Shown here: positions 1-11,647 of the stretch, one piece after another
How the letters are laid out: each line of letters opens with the position of its first letter
How positions within the stretch are numbered: the stretch's first letter is position 1
The notes under the pieces: model-generated
Told to the model about the DNA's origin: nothing
What the model saw: the letters and a program-made list of their open reading frames with translations, nothing else
Database searches by the model: none
Source: Trueperaceae bacterium
GTDB lineage: Bacteria; Deinococcota; Deinococci; Deinococcales; Trueperaceae
Length of the DNA stretch: 64,000 nt
Reading direction: 5' to 3'
NCBI GenBank assembly: GCA_034520945.1
Contig: JAXHNB010000006.1
Location: 608,001 to 672,000 of the forward strand
Translations under genes and position numbers: made by a program

Positions 1-636
1 GGGGGTCCTTCGCCTTCGTGCCGGCCCGGATCGACGTCTCGACGAAGCTGGCCAGGACGGCCAACGCGATCTCGTTGCGGCCGCCCTCGGGCACGATCAG
101 GTCGGCGTACTGCTTGGTGGGCTCCACGTACAGGTCGTGCATCGGTTTGACGGTCTGGCGGTACTGGGCGATCACGCCGTCGGCGTCGCGGCCGCGCTCG
201 TGGACGTCGCGTTCCAGCCGCCGGATGAAGCGTTCGTCGGGTGGGGCGTCCACGAACACCCTCAAGGTCATCCGCTCGCGCAGGCTGGCTTCGTGAAGGA
301 CCAGGATGCCCTCCACCACCATCACGGGGTGGGGGTCCACGCGCACGGTGGCGTCCAAGCGGTCGTGCCGGCCGAAGTCGTACACCGGTCGGTCGACGCC
401 GCGGCCCTCCAGCAACGCGTCCAGGTCCCGGACCAGCGCCTCCGTCTCGAACGCGGCGGGTTCGTCGTAGTTGGTGCGGGCGCGCGCCTCGAACGGGCGG
501 CCCGGTTGGGCCCGGTAGTACGCGTCGTGCGGGAGGATGGCGGCACGGCCGTTCGCGGCCTGGACGATGGCATCGGCCACGGTGCTCTTGCCCGCGCCGG
601 TCCCGCCCGCCAGCCCGATCACCACCGGGCGGGGAT

Positions 637-640
<4 letters not shown>
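1..640 (-). CDS. udk: Uridine kinase (3' end runs off window)
   Basis: Manual translation from ATG at 640: MNPRPVVIGLAGGTGAGKST...HDAYY...NYDEP...EGILVL...VEPTKQYADLIVP; ATGA overlap with pyrG stop. Confidence 0.92.
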
Positions 641-2328
<1,688 letters not shown>

Positions 2329-2421
2329 GAGCCTCACCTTCTCCGGGACGTCAGCGTACCACCCGTCGTTGCGCGATTCGGCCCGTGCCGCCGTGGGCGG
2401 GACCATGGTAGGTTGCGCCCC

Positions 2422-3105
2422 GTGATGGACGGAACGGCGGGCGGCCAGGCGGACGCGGACGACAAGACGGATGCGCAGGCGCGACCCCGGCGCGGGAGGC
2501 GGGGGATCCCCTTCGTGATGACCGGGGCCTCGGGGGTCGGCAAGGACACCATCCGCCAGGCGGCCCTCCCCGGGATGGGCGACCTGGTGTACTCGATCTC
2601 AGCCACCACGCGAGCCAGGCGACCGGGCGAGACCGATGGCATCCAGTACCACTTCCTGACGCACGAACGTTTCGAGCATCTGATCGCGAGGAACGGCTTT
2701 TTGGAGTACGCCGAGTACGTGGGCGACTACTACGGCACCCCCCGCGCGCCGGTCGAGCGTGCCTTGGCCGATGGGCGCGACGTCCTGCTGGAGCTGGAGC
2801 TGGCGGGCGCGCGGCAGCTCAAGGTCGCCCTGCCCGAGGCGGTGATGGTGTTCATCGCGCCGCCGTCGCTGTACGAGCTCGAGCGGCGCCTCCGTGGCCG
2901 CGGCACCGACGACGAGGCCAAGATCCAGAAGCGCCTGGCCCGCGCCCGAGAAGAGATCAAAGCCGTCCGCGAGTTCGATTACGCCGTCGTGAACGACGAA
3001 CTGGACGAGGCCGTGCGCGATTTCCGGGCGGTCATCCACGCCGAGCGCGTGCGCGCCGTGCGTCTGGACGACCAAGACGTGGCGAGGTTCCTGCGCGAGG
3101 ACTGA
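2422..3105 (+). CDS. gmk: Guanylate kinase
   Basis: GASGVGKDT P-loop, SISATTRARRPGE, YYGTP; GTG start 7 nt after TAGGTT (ATG 2425 alternative). Confidence 0.95.
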   Translation: MMDGTAGGQADADDKTDAQARPRRGRRGIPFVMTGASGVGKDTIRQAALPGMGDLVYSISATTRARRPGETDGIQYHFLTHERFEHLIARNGFLEYAEYVGDYYGTPRAPVERALADGRDVLLELELAGARQLKVALPEAVMVFIAPPSLYELERRLRGRGTDDEAKIQKRLARAREEIKAVREFDYAVVNDELDEAVRDFRAVIHAERVRAVRLDDQDVARFLRED

Positions 3106-3229
3106 ACCGGCGCGGCCGCTCCGGGCGCGTACCGGGCGGTGCGGCGCCGCGCGCGCCTGTCCGGTATGCTCGCAGGTGCGACGTTCGGGTCTGCTGCGAC
3201 CCCGCCCCGATTCCGCCCAAGGAGGATCC

Positions 3230-3514
3230 ATGGCCCAACACGGCTACGATACGCTGTTCGCCCTTACCGACTCGCGGTACCGCCTCACCATGATCGTGGC
3301 GCGGCGCGCCGCCCAGCTCAAGAGCGGGTTTCCCTCCCTGCTGACGCCCGAGGAGATGCCGCCGGCGCCCAGCAACACCGTCACCGTGGCGATGACCGAG
3401 CTCCTCCTCGGCAAGCCGCTCCGTTTCGGGACCGACCTGCCCGATGAAGCGACGCTGCAGGAGGCGCGCGGGCGCTCCCGTCGCGACCGGGAGGAGCTCG
3501 GCGACGCCCTCTGA
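3230..3514 (+). CDS. rpoZ: RNA polymerase omega subunit
   Basis: DSRYRLTMIVARRAAQL motif; AAGGAGG RBS; gmk-rpoZ-coaBC synteny. Confidence 0.93.
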   Translation: MAQHGYDTLFALTDSRYRLTMIVARRAAQLKSGFPSLLTPEEMPPAPSNTVTVAMTELLLGKPLRFGTDLPDEATLQEARGRSRRDREELGDAL

Positions 3515-4712
3515 GGGACGCGAACCTCCCCCCCGCGTGCTGCTGGGGGTCACGGGCGGTCTGGCCGCGATCAAGGCGCCGTCCGTGGTGCGGCGATTGC
3601 AGGAGGCCGGCGCCGAGGTGCGCGTCGTGGCGACGGCGCGGGCCTACGCCTTCGTCACGCCCCTGTCGCTGGCGTCGGTGGCGGGCCACGAGGTGCTGGA
3701 CGAGGCGGCGTGGTTCCGGCCGGACGGTCGGGCCCGGCACCTGAGCTGGGCGCACTGGGCCGATGTGCTGTTGGTCGCCCCCGCCACCGCGAACGCGCTC
3801 TCGGCCGCGGCGACCGGTCGCGCCGACGACCCTGTGTCCGCACTGGTGCTGAGCGTCCCGCGGACGGTATTCGCCCCCGCGATGAATGCGGCGATGTGGG
3901 GGGCGCCGGCCGTGCGGCGCAACGTCGCCACCCTGCGCGGCGACGGCCACACCGTGCTGGAGCCGGCGGTCGGCCCTCTCGGCACCCTGGGGGAGGACGC
4001 CGGCCCCGGCCGCCTTCCCGACGAGGCGGTGCTGGCGGGCGCCGCGTTGCGGGCGCCCCGGCCGCGCGATCTGGTGGGCAGGCGCGTCGTGGTCAGTGCG
4101 GGGCCGACCCGGGAGTGGTTGGACCCGGTGCGGTTCCTGAGCAACCCCTCCTCGGGCCGGATGGGCGTGGCCGTGGCCGAGGCGGCGCGCGACCGCGGCG
4201 CGGAGGTGACGCTGGTGTGCGGACCGACGGCGGTGCCGATGCCGCACGGGGTCGAGGTGGTCCGGGTCGAGTCGGCGGAGGAGATGGCCGCGGCGCTGGA
4301 GGCGCCGTTCGACGCCTGCGACCTGCTGGTGATGACCGCTGCGGTGGCCGACTGGCGGCCGCGGGCGCGGGCCGCCGAGAAGGAGCCCAAGTCGGGCGAC
4401 GCCAAGGAGCTGCCGCTGGTCCGCACGCCCGACGTGCTGGAGGCGTTGCGGGCGCGCCGCACGCGGCAGGTGATGGTGGGCTTCGCGATGGAGACGGACC
4501 AGGGCGTGTCCCGTGCGGTGGAGAAGGCGCGCCGCAAGGGCCTCGCCTTCGTGGCGCTCAACTACCCGACGCGCGAGGGCGTCGGCTTCGGCATGTCGGA
4601 GACGGAGCTCACCGTGGTGGGGCCCGAGGGTGAGCACGAGGCGATGGGGCGCACCACCAAGTGGGAGGCCGCCGAGCGGATCCTGGACCGGGCGCGTCCG
4701 CTGCTGCCGTGA
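3444..4712 (+). CDS. coaBC: Bifunctional phosphopantothenoylcysteine decarboxylase/synthase (true start uncertain, probably 3504-3537)
   Basis: VLLGVTGGLAAIK, APATAN, PAMN, SAGPTREWLDPVRFLSNPSSGRMG, VGFAMET. Confidence 0.95.
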   Translation: MKRRCRRRAGAPVATGRSSATPSEGREPPPRVLLGVTGGLAAIKAPSVVRRLQEAGAEVRVVATARAYAFVTPLSLASVAGHEVLDEAAWFRPDGRARHLSWAHWADVLLVAPATANALSAAATGRADDPVSALVLSVPRTVFAPAMNAAMWGAPAVRRNVATLRGDGHTVLEPAVGPLGTLGEDAGPGRLPDEAVLAGAALRAPRPRDLVGRRVVVSAGPTREWLDPVRFLSNPSSGRMGVAVAEAARDRGAEVTLVCGPTAVPMPHGVEVVRVESAEEMAAALEAPFDACDLLVMTAAVADWRPRARAAEKEPKSGDAKELPLVRTPDVLEALRARRTRQVMVGFAMETDQGVSRAVEKARRKGLAFVALNYPTREGVGFGMSETELTVVGPEGEHEAMGRTTKWEAAERILDRARPLLP

Positions 4713-4767
4713 TCGCTTGCGTGCGGTCACGTGTCGCACGCCTCGCACCTCGGGCCCAAATCCCGCG

Positions 4768-4788
4768 TATAGTGAATGAATATGCCGA
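4768..4788 (+). promoter_or_regulatory. -10 box TATAGT overlapped by ARG-box-like site AGTGAATGAATATGCCGA (argR autoregulation)
   Basis: AT-rich TGAAT-N4-ATGC motif resembling the ArgR operator, lying on the argR start. Confidence 0.55.
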
Positions 4789-5240
4789 GTAAAGAGTACC
4801 GACAACGATTGATCGAAGAACTCGTCGAAAACGAATTCATCTCCACCCAGGCAGAGATCGCCGAGCACCTGGCGCAGCGCGGCATCAAGGTGACCCAGGC
4901 GACCATCAGCCGCGACGTCAACGAGCTGCGGCTGGTGCGGCTGCCGGCCGGCAACGGGCAACACCGCTACCGTTCCACACCGCTGGCGGCCCAAGAGGAC
5001 GTGCTGGGTGAGCTGGCGCAGCGCTTTCGTCTGTTCGTGCGGCACATGGACCGGGGCGACAACCTGTTGGTGGTCGACACCGACGAGGGGCACGCCACCG
5101 GGATCGCCTACGTGATCGACAAGCTGGACCGGGAGGAGGTCGTCGGCACCTTGGCGGGCCAGAACACGATTCTGGTGATCTGCCGCGACGGCGACCAGGC
5201 CGAGCGCGTGATGGAGGAGTTCGAAGAACTCTTGGCCTGA
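4776..5240 (+). CDS. argR: Arginine repressor
   Basis: TQATISRDVNEL HTH motif; VGTLAGQNTILVI C-terminal arginine-binding domain. Confidence 0.95.
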   Translation: MNMPSKEYRQRLIEELVENEFISTQAEIAEHLAQRGIKVTQATISRDVNELRLVRLPAGNGQHRYRSTPLAAQEDVLGELAQRFRLFVRHMDRGDNLLVVDTDEGHATGIAYVIDKLDREEVVGTLAGQNTILVICRDGDQAERVMEEFEELLA

Positions 5241-5346
5241 AGCGCGGCGCGCCGAGCGGGCGCCGGGCGCGACGCCGGCCCGCGGGTCGGCGTGCGGCCA
5301 GATTCCTCATTCCAGCCGTGCTAGCGTCCAAGTCACGGAGGTTTCC

Positions 5347-7617
5347 ATGCGCCCGTTGATCACGTTATTGGCCGTTCTCGCCCTGCTGGGTACGGCGTCC
5401 GCACAGACCGTTCTGGTGCACCCGTTCGACAGCGGCGACTCCGTCCTCGGGGCCGTCGTCGCCGACCGGGTCGCCCAGTCGCTCGCGCCGCAGGTCGACC
5501 TCATGGTCGGCCCGGCCGCGGCCCCCACCTTGGTGCCGCCCGTTCCCTACGACAACGGCTTCCTGGGCCCGCTGGCCGTGCTGCGGCAGGGGGGCGTCGC
5601 CACCCTGCACGGCGCCGCCCTGTTGCGAAGCGGCACCGGGGCCGACCTCGCCGCCAGCGGGCGGGTGGCGACGGACGCGGAGGGATTGCGGCTCGAGCTG
5701 TTCGCCGCGGCGGGACGTCGCGACGCGCTCCAGACCACCGTCCGCGCGCCCGAGGATCGCCCCGACCTGCTGGCCCGCCGGGCGGCCCGCTTGCTGGCCT
5801 CGCACCTGGGCGTGCCGGCACCGTCCGCCCCCGACGCCATCGACATGGCCGGCGCGGACGACGCCCTGGGGCGCGCCTCGACGCTGCTGGCCGGCGGATT
5901 CGCGCAGGAGGCGGAGCAGCTGTTCCGCGAGGCGGAGGAGGCCGGGCAGGACACCCCCCGCCTGCGCGCCCTGCGAGCCGCGCTGGAGGACGTGCAAGAC
6001 GGCCGTTCGCATCCCGACGATCCCGCGCTGGCGGCGTCGTTGGCGTTGACGGTGCTGGAGGACGACGCGCGCACCCTCGCCTACATGGAACGCCTCGGCG
6101 AGGCCGGCCTGCCCGCCGCGGACGCCTGGATCGGGGCGATCGCGGCCAGCACCAACGACCTGGCGCGCGCCGACGACGCCTACATGCGGGCGGCGGAGGC
6201 GTACCCCTACGGCCGGGCGGCGCGGGCGGCCTACCAGGCGTCGCAGGGTCGCTCGGGGGCGGCCGAGGCGGTGCGCGACCTGCACGACGGCGGGGACGTC
6301 GCCTCGCTGGTGCTGGCGTCGCTGCTGCACGAGCTGTCCGGCGACGCCCAAGCAAAACGAGCAGCGCTGGAGGCGCTGGGCCGGGCCGCCCCGACGTTCG
6401 CGTGGCCGTTCGAACAGCTCAGCTTCCTGGCCTTCGACCGGGATGACGGTCGCGCGGCCGCCGAAGCGCTCGTGGTCGCGGTCCGACTGGCGCCCGAGGA
6501 GGACCTGTACTGGACCAACCTGGGGTGGGCCTGGTACCTGCTGGGGTTCTGGGAACGAAGCGAGGAAGCCAGCACGCGAGCGCTGGAGCTGGAGCCGGGC
6601 GCCCACATCGCCGCCTACAACCTGGGCTTGGTACGGGCACGTTCCGGCCGCTTGGATGAGGCGATGTCGGCGTACGACACCGCGCTCGATGCCGACCCCG
6701 AGGTCGACGACGAGGCACTGGCGGACGTGCGGCGCGCGCTCGAGGAGGTGCCGGACGAGCCGGCGTTGCACTACGTGCTGGGGCGCATGCTGGAGGCCGA
6801 GGGAGACCGAGACGCCGCGGCGCAGGCGTTCGATCGCTACCTGGAGCTGGGCGGATTCGGCGCGCCGTACGACGCGCGGGCCGAGGCGCGCTACGAGGCG
6901 TTGAGCGCCCCCCCGCCGCCCCTGGCGATCACCGACGACGCGGTGACGGCGCGGCTGGGCGGCACGCGCCCCGCCGAGCCGTGGCATCCGGGCGACCCGA
7001 TCGGCCTGTCGTTCGAGGTCACCACCCCCGGCGAGTCGCTGCCGCGGACCTTGCGCGTCCGTGCGGAGGTGCGTCCCGGCCAGGGGGAGGAGCCGATCCT
7101 CAGCGAGGAGACGTCGGTCGAGATCCCGGCCGAGGCGATCGGCTACGTCGTCGAAGAGCTCGCCTTCGAGCTCCCCGATACGCTCGAAGCCGGGACGTAC
7201 ACGGCCGAAGTCCGCGTCCGCGGCGACGGCGAGCAACGGGCCACGGCCCGCGTGGCGTTGCCGGTGGAGGGGCAGCCCGTGACGTTGCGCCGCCTGATCG
7301 GTCGCGGCGTGGTGCTCACCTCGCTCGACGCCGGCCGGTCCCTGTTCGGGGCGTCCGATCTTGGGCGTGAGGAGGCCGTCGTGGCCACGCTCGTCGACGC
7401 GTTGCGGCAGGCCGCCGACGCGGCCGAGGAGGCGCTGCCGGCCGTCGAGGAGGGGCGCTTCGCGGGGCTGTCCGGGCGTGCCCTGTTCGAGCAGAGCGAC
7501 GAAGGCGACGTGCGCGCCTTCCTGGACTACCTGGTCCGCGAAGAGGTGCGCGACGTCCGGCTGACCTTCGTGGACGCCTACGCCGAGTGGGCGATCGCCG
7601 GTGCGCCCGGGCCCTAG
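5347..7617 (+). CDS. Secreted tetratricopeptide-repeat protein
   Basis: Signal peptide (ASA-Q), TPR motifs (YWTNLGWAWYLLG, AYNLGLVRA), GGAGG RBS. Confidence 0.8.
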   Translation: MRPLITLLAVLALLGTASAQTVLVHPFDSGDSVLGAVVADRVAQSLAPQVDLMVGPAAAPTLVPPVPYDNGFLGPLAVLRQGGVATLHGAALLRSGTGADLAASGRVATDAEGLRLELFAAAGRRDALQTTVRAPEDRPDLLARRAARLLASHLGVPAPSAPDAIDMAGADDALGRASTLLAGGFAQEAEQLFREAEEAGQDTPRLRALRAALEDVQDGRSHPDDPALAASLALTVLEDDARTLAYMERLGEAGLPAADAWIGAIAASTNDLARADDAYMRAAEAYPYGRAARAAYQASQGRSGAAEAVRDLHDGGDVASLVLASLLHELSGDAQAKRAALEALGRAAPTFAWPFEQLSFLAFDRDDGRAAAEALVVAVRLAPEEDLYWTNLGWAWYLLGFWERSEEASTRALELEPGAHIAAYNLGLVRARSGRLDEAMSAYDTALDADPEVDDEALADVRRALEEVPDEPALHYVLGRMLEAEGDRDAAAQAFDRYLELGGFGAPYDARAEARYEALSAPPPPLAITDDAVTARLGGTRPAEPWHPGDPIGLSFEVTTPGESLPRTLRVRAEVRPGQGEEPILSEETSVEIPAEAIGYVVEELAFELPDTLEAGTYTAEVRVRGDGEQRATARVALPVEGQPVTLRRLIGRGVVLTSLDAGRSLFGASDLGREEAVVATLVDALRQAADAAEEALPAVEEGRFAGLSGRALFEQSDEGDVRAFLDYLVREEVRDVRLTFVDAYAEWAIAGAPGP

Positions 7618-7644
7618 GCCGGGCGCACCGGCGCGCAGGTCGCG

Positions 7645-9351
7645 TCAGCCGTCGCTGGGGTACACCACGCCCCAGGCGGCGGCCGGGTCGTCGGGGAGGG
7701 GGACATGCCCGGGCCCTTCGATCCGTTCGGCCAACCAGGCCTTGAGGGCGTCCATCCCTTCGCCCGAGCGGGCGGAGACCGAGCGCGCCTGGTAGCGCAG
7801 TTCCAGGTCGGCCCGCACCTCGGCGTCCATGCGGTCGGCCTTGTTGACGACGATCTCGCGGGGGGGCGCCAGCTGCAGTGCGTCGAGGATTCGCTCGACC
7901 GCGGCGACGCGGTCGGGCGCACCGGGGGCGGCACCGTCCACGACGTGCAACAGCAGGTCGGCGTCCTGCAGCTCCTCCAGGGTGGCGCGGAAGGCGTCGA
8001 CCAGCTCGTCTGGAAGGTCGCGGATGAAGCCGACCGTGTCGGTGTAGATCACCTTGCCGCCCCACTCGCCGAGGGCGGGCAGCCATCCTTCGCGCGAGGT
8101 GGGCCGCAGCGTCGCGAACAGCTCGTTGCGACTCAGGGCGTCCGACTTGGCCAGCACGTTGAACAACGTCGACTTGCCGGCGTTGGTGTACCCGATCAGC
8201 GCCACCACCGGCGTGCCCGCCTCGGTGCGGTTCTTGCGCGTGCGCTCGCGCCGGTCGCTGATCTGGTCCACGTCGCTTTGCAGGGAGGTGATGCGGTCGC
8301 GGATGCGGCGCCGGTCCACCTCGAGCTTGGTCTCGCCGGGGCCCCGGGTGCCGATGCCGCCGCCCAGGCGGCTGAGGGCGGTGCCCTTGCCGGCCAGGCG
8401 CGGCAGCTGGTATTGCAGCTGCGCCAGTTCGACCTGGACCTGCGCCTCGCGTCCGCGGGCGTTCTGCGCGAAGATGTCGAGGATCACCTGCGTGCGGTCC
8501 AGCACCTTGAGGCGGGTCGCCTCCTCGATCTCGCGCGCCTGGGCGGGCGAGAGCTCGCGGTCGAAGACCAACAGGTCGGCGTCCTCGTGGTAGGCCAGCG
8601 ACACCAGCTCCCGCAGCTTGCCGTGGCCGATCAGCGTCTTGGGGTCGGCGTGGCCGCGCTGTTGCAGCTCGGCCTTGGCCACCGTCGCGCCGGCCGAGCG
8701 GACCAACTCGGACAACTCGTCCAGGCGGGCCTGCGCCTCGGGCCCGTCTCCGGTGTCGAGGCCGATCAGGACCGCCCGTTCGGCCGAACTGCGGCTGACC
8801 TCGCGCGCGTGGGCGCTGCGGGCCATCTCGGCCTCCAACGCCCGGATGCGGTCGGCCAGGTCGATCCGTTCGAGGCTGGCGACGTCGGCCGGCGGCTCGA
8901 TCAGCCAGTCCTCCTCCTCGCTGGTGGGCGGCGCGACCTGCGCCAGGTGGGCCGGGCCCAGGACGGGGCGGCTCGGGTCGCCGTGCGCTTCGATGGCGAC
9001 CATCGCGTCCAGCCGCGCCAGGAACAGCGTGGTCAAGTCCGCGTCCGACAGCCCGCCCCCGCCGGGATGCACGTGGATCAGGCGCATCCCCCGTAGGCGC
9101 GACTCGGCCTCGCCGAAGCGGGCGGGCAGGGGGGTGCCCTCCGCGTCCGCGAACGCCACCGTGACGACGCGCCCCCGTCGGTCGACGAGGACCGAGACCG
9201 GCCCCCGCATCTCGAGGGCGAGGGTGGCCATGGCGCGCGCCAAGTCGGTGCTGACGGGCGCTTCGGGGGGGACCCGGCGGCGGTACAGGTTTCCGAGGCG
9301 TTTGATCTGGTTCTTCTTGAGGCCCGACAGGGATCCGTGAACCTTGTCGAT
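7645..9351 (-). CDS. hflX: GTPase HflX, long form (probable ATC start)
   Basis: GIGTRGPGETKLEVDRR, GYTNAGKSTLFN, DTVGFI, NKAD; N-terminal extension with HVHPGG. Confidence 0.95.
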   Translation of the reverse strand: MDKVHGSLSGLKKNQIKRLGNLYRRRVPPEAPVSTDLARAMATLALEMRGPVSVLVDRRGRVVTVAFADAEGTPLPARFGEAESRLRGMRLIHVHPGGGGLSDADLTTLFLARLDAMVAIEAHGDPSRPVLGPAHLAQVAPPTSEEEDWLIEPPADVASLERIDLADRIRALEAEMARSAHAREVSRSSAERAVLIGLDTGDGPEAQARLDELSELVRSAGATVAKAELQQRGHADPKTLIGHGKLRELVSLAYHEDADLLVFDRELSPAQAREIEEATRLKVLDRTQVILDIFAQNARGREAQVQVELAQLQYQLPRLAGKGTALSRLGGGIGTRGPGETKLEVDRRRIRDRITSLQSDVDQISDRRERTRKNRTEAGTPVVALIGYTNAGKSTLFNVLAKSDALSRNELFATLRPTSREGWLPALGEWGGKVIYTDTVGFIRDLPDELVDAFRATLEELQDADLLLHVVDGAAPGAPDRVAAVERILDALQLAPPREIVVNKADRMDAEVRADLELRYQARSVSARSGEGMDALKAWLAERIEGPGHVPLPDDPAAAWGVVYPSDG

Positions 9352-9489
9352 CGCGACGACTCCTTTCGCGCCGCGGGGCGGACGGCCTCTCGGCCGCCGG
9401 CGTTCGTTCCGCGGCGACTCCCCCGTAGGGTAGCGCACGCGGAGGCCGGAGGGCGTGGCGGCAGGTACGGGCGTGCTAGCGTCGGGCGC

Positions 9490-10374
9490 GTGCCGGTCCG
9501 AATCAAGCGAAGAACCCCCCGGGTCGCGACCTGGTTCGCGACCCTGTTCCTGCTCTCCGTCGCATGTGCGTCCGCCCAAGGCGAGGACCCGGCGCACGGC
9601 GTGCTGGACGCCGAGGCCGCCACGCCGCAGCCCCGCGTGCGGGCCCGCGACCTGGCGCGCGTGTTGGGGGCCGAGCGCGGCGGGGAGGCCGGCGTGCTGG
9701 TGCTGCGGCGCGAGGGGGTGACCCTGACGATGTTCGACGGCTCCAGCGACGCGATCATCGGTGGTGGGGGGGCCGAGCAGGCGACGTTGTCCGCCCCGGC
9801 CCGCCGCCGCGAGGACGGCTGGTGGCTGCCGCTGGACGCCGGGGCGCCGTTCGGGCTGGTCCGGACCGGCCCCAACGCCGTCCGCACCGCCGATGGGCGG
9901 CGCTGGCGGCTGCGGGTGCGGGAACCGCCCGCCGCCGCGACGTCGTCGCGGGCGCGGGTGGTGCGCGCCGCCGCCGGCGCCTCGGCGGTGGAGATCGTCA
10001 GCGACGGCCCGCAGGGCCAACCGGAGGCGGTGTCGCTGTGGGTGACCGACCTGGCGTTGGCGGCACTGGTGGTGCCGGAGGCCCGTGCCGAGTTGGACGC
10101 CGCCATGGCCGAGGTCGGGGCGTCGCGTGGGTTGCTGGGGGTGGTGACTTCGCGGGTGCCGGGCGCGCGCGCCGAGGGTCCCACCGTCGTGGTGGAGGGC
10201 GAGGTGCGCGTCGAGGCCGGAGCGCGCCTGCAGACCCTCGCAGGCCGCCGCGACGCGATCGGGCCGGCGCAGCCCTGGACCTTCGTGCTGTGGCTCCCCG
10301 CCGGCACGCGGCTGGACGGACCGATCACCGTGGCGTGGCGCGACGAGCGGGCGGACGTCGTGTTCCGCCGCTGA
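9490..10374 (+). CDS. Hypothetical secreted protein
   Basis: GTG 7 nt after TAGCGT; signal-peptide-like N-terminus (ASA-Q); coding-like composition. Confidence 0.6.
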   Translation: MPVRIKRRTPRVATWFATLFLLSVACASAQGEDPAHGVLDAEAATPQPRVRARDLARVLGAERGGEAGVLVLRREGVTLTMFDGSSDAIIGGGGAEQATLSAPARRREDGWWLPLDAGAPFGLVRTGPNAVRTADGRRWRLRVREPPAAATSSRARVVRAAAGASAVEIVSDGPQGQPEAVSLWVTDLALAALVVPEARAELDAAMAEVGASRGLLGVVTSRVPGARAEGPTVVVEGEVRVEAGARLQTLAGRRDAIGPAQPWTFVLWLPAGTRLDGPITVAWRDERADVVFRR

Positions 10375-10447
10375 CCGGGGAGGGCCGACGGTAGACTGGG
10401 CGCATCGCCGTCGCCGCCATGCGCCGGCCGTTCCGCAGGAGGCACTC

Positions 10448-11623
10448 ATGGACATCGTCATCGCCGCCGCCGCCCGCACGCCCATCGGATCGTTCCTGGG
10501 TGGCCTCGCCCCGCTGAAGGCGTCCGAACTGGGGGCCGCCGCCGTGCGCGAGGCGGTCGCGCGCGCCGGTTTGGACGCCGCCGAGGTGGACCTGGCGCTG
10601 ATGGGCAACGTGCTCTCGGCCGGCATGGGACAGGCGCCGGCGCGGCAGGCCGCCATCTACGCCGGCCTGCCCGAGCGCACCCCGGCCGTGACGCTGAACA
10701 AGATGTGCGGCAGCGGCCTGGAGGCCATCATCCAGGCGGCCCGTGCCGTGCAGGTGGGCGACGCCCACGTGGTCGTCGCCGGCGGGATGGAGTCGATGAG
10801 CAACGCACCCTACCTGCTTCCCGGCGCACGCGGCGGGCTCCGGCTCGGCCACGGCAAGACGGTCGACGCCTTGATCCACGACGGACTGTGGGACGTGTAC
10901 GAGGACCGGCACATGGGGTCCTGCGCCGAGGACTGCGCGCGGACGTACGACTTCGGACGCGACGCCCAGGACGCCTTCGCCGCCAGGTCCTACCGGCGTG
11001 CGCAGGAGGCGACCCGCTCGGGCGACGCCGCCCACGAGATCGTGCCGGTCGAGGTGCCGGGGCGCAAGGGCGCGATCACGGTCGTGGACGCGGACGAAGG
11101 GCCGTTCGCCATGGACCTGGATCGCATGGCGGGCCTCCGCCCCGCCTTCGAACGAGACGGCACCGTGACGGCCGCCAACGCCTCCAGCATCAACGACGGC
11201 GCCGCCGCCGTGATCGTGACCTCGCGGGAGGTGGCGGAGGCGCGCGGGTACCCGGTGCTCTGCACCCTGCGGGGCTGGAGCGTCCACGCGCAGGAGCCCG
11301 GACGCTTCACGACGGCGCCTCTCGGCGCCCTGCGGACGCTGTTCGACCGCCTCGACTGGGCACCGGACACGGTGACCCGGTACGAGATCAACGAGGCCTT
11401 CGCGGTGGTGCCGATGGCGGCGATGCAGGAGTTCGGGCTGTCCGACGACGTGGTGGACGTGCTGGGCGGCGCCGTGTCGCTGGGGCACCCCATCGGCGCG
11501 TCGGGCACGCGCATCGTCGTGACCCTGCTGAACGCGCTGCGGTTGGCCGGCGGGGGGCGCGGCGTCGCGGCGATCTGCATCGGCGGCGGCGAGGCGTTGG
11601 CGCTGGGGGTCGAGACGCCCTGA
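10448..11623 (+). CDS. Acetyl-CoA C-acetyltransferase (thiolase)
   Basis: NKMCGSG, NEAF, GHPIGASG, CIGGG catalytic motifs. Confidence 0.96.
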   Translation: MDIVIAAAARTPIGSFLGGLAPLKASELGAAAVREAVARAGLDAAEVDLALMGNVLSAGMGQAPARQAAIYAGLPERTPAVTLNKMCGSGLEAIIQAARAVQVGDAHVVVAGGMESMSNAPYLLPGARGGLRLGHGKTVDALIHDGLWDVYEDRHMGSCAEDCARTYDFGRDAQDAFAARSYRRAQEATRSGDAAHEIVPVEVPGRKGAITVVDADEGPFAMDLDRMAGLRPAFERDGTVTAANASSINDGAAAVIVTSREVAEARGYPVLCTLRGWSVHAQEPGRFTTAPLGALRTLFDRLDWAPDTVTRYEINEAFAVVPMAAMQEFGLSDDVVDVLGGAVSLGHPIGASGTRIVVTLLNALRLAGGGRGVAAICIGGGEALALGVETP

Positions 11624-11647
11624 GTCCGGCGCCGGCGCGCGCGGCGG

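Noticed and set aside
9352..10656. 1003-aa extended HflX
   Set aside because: The extension is antisense to two + strand genes; HflX similarity starts at 9351
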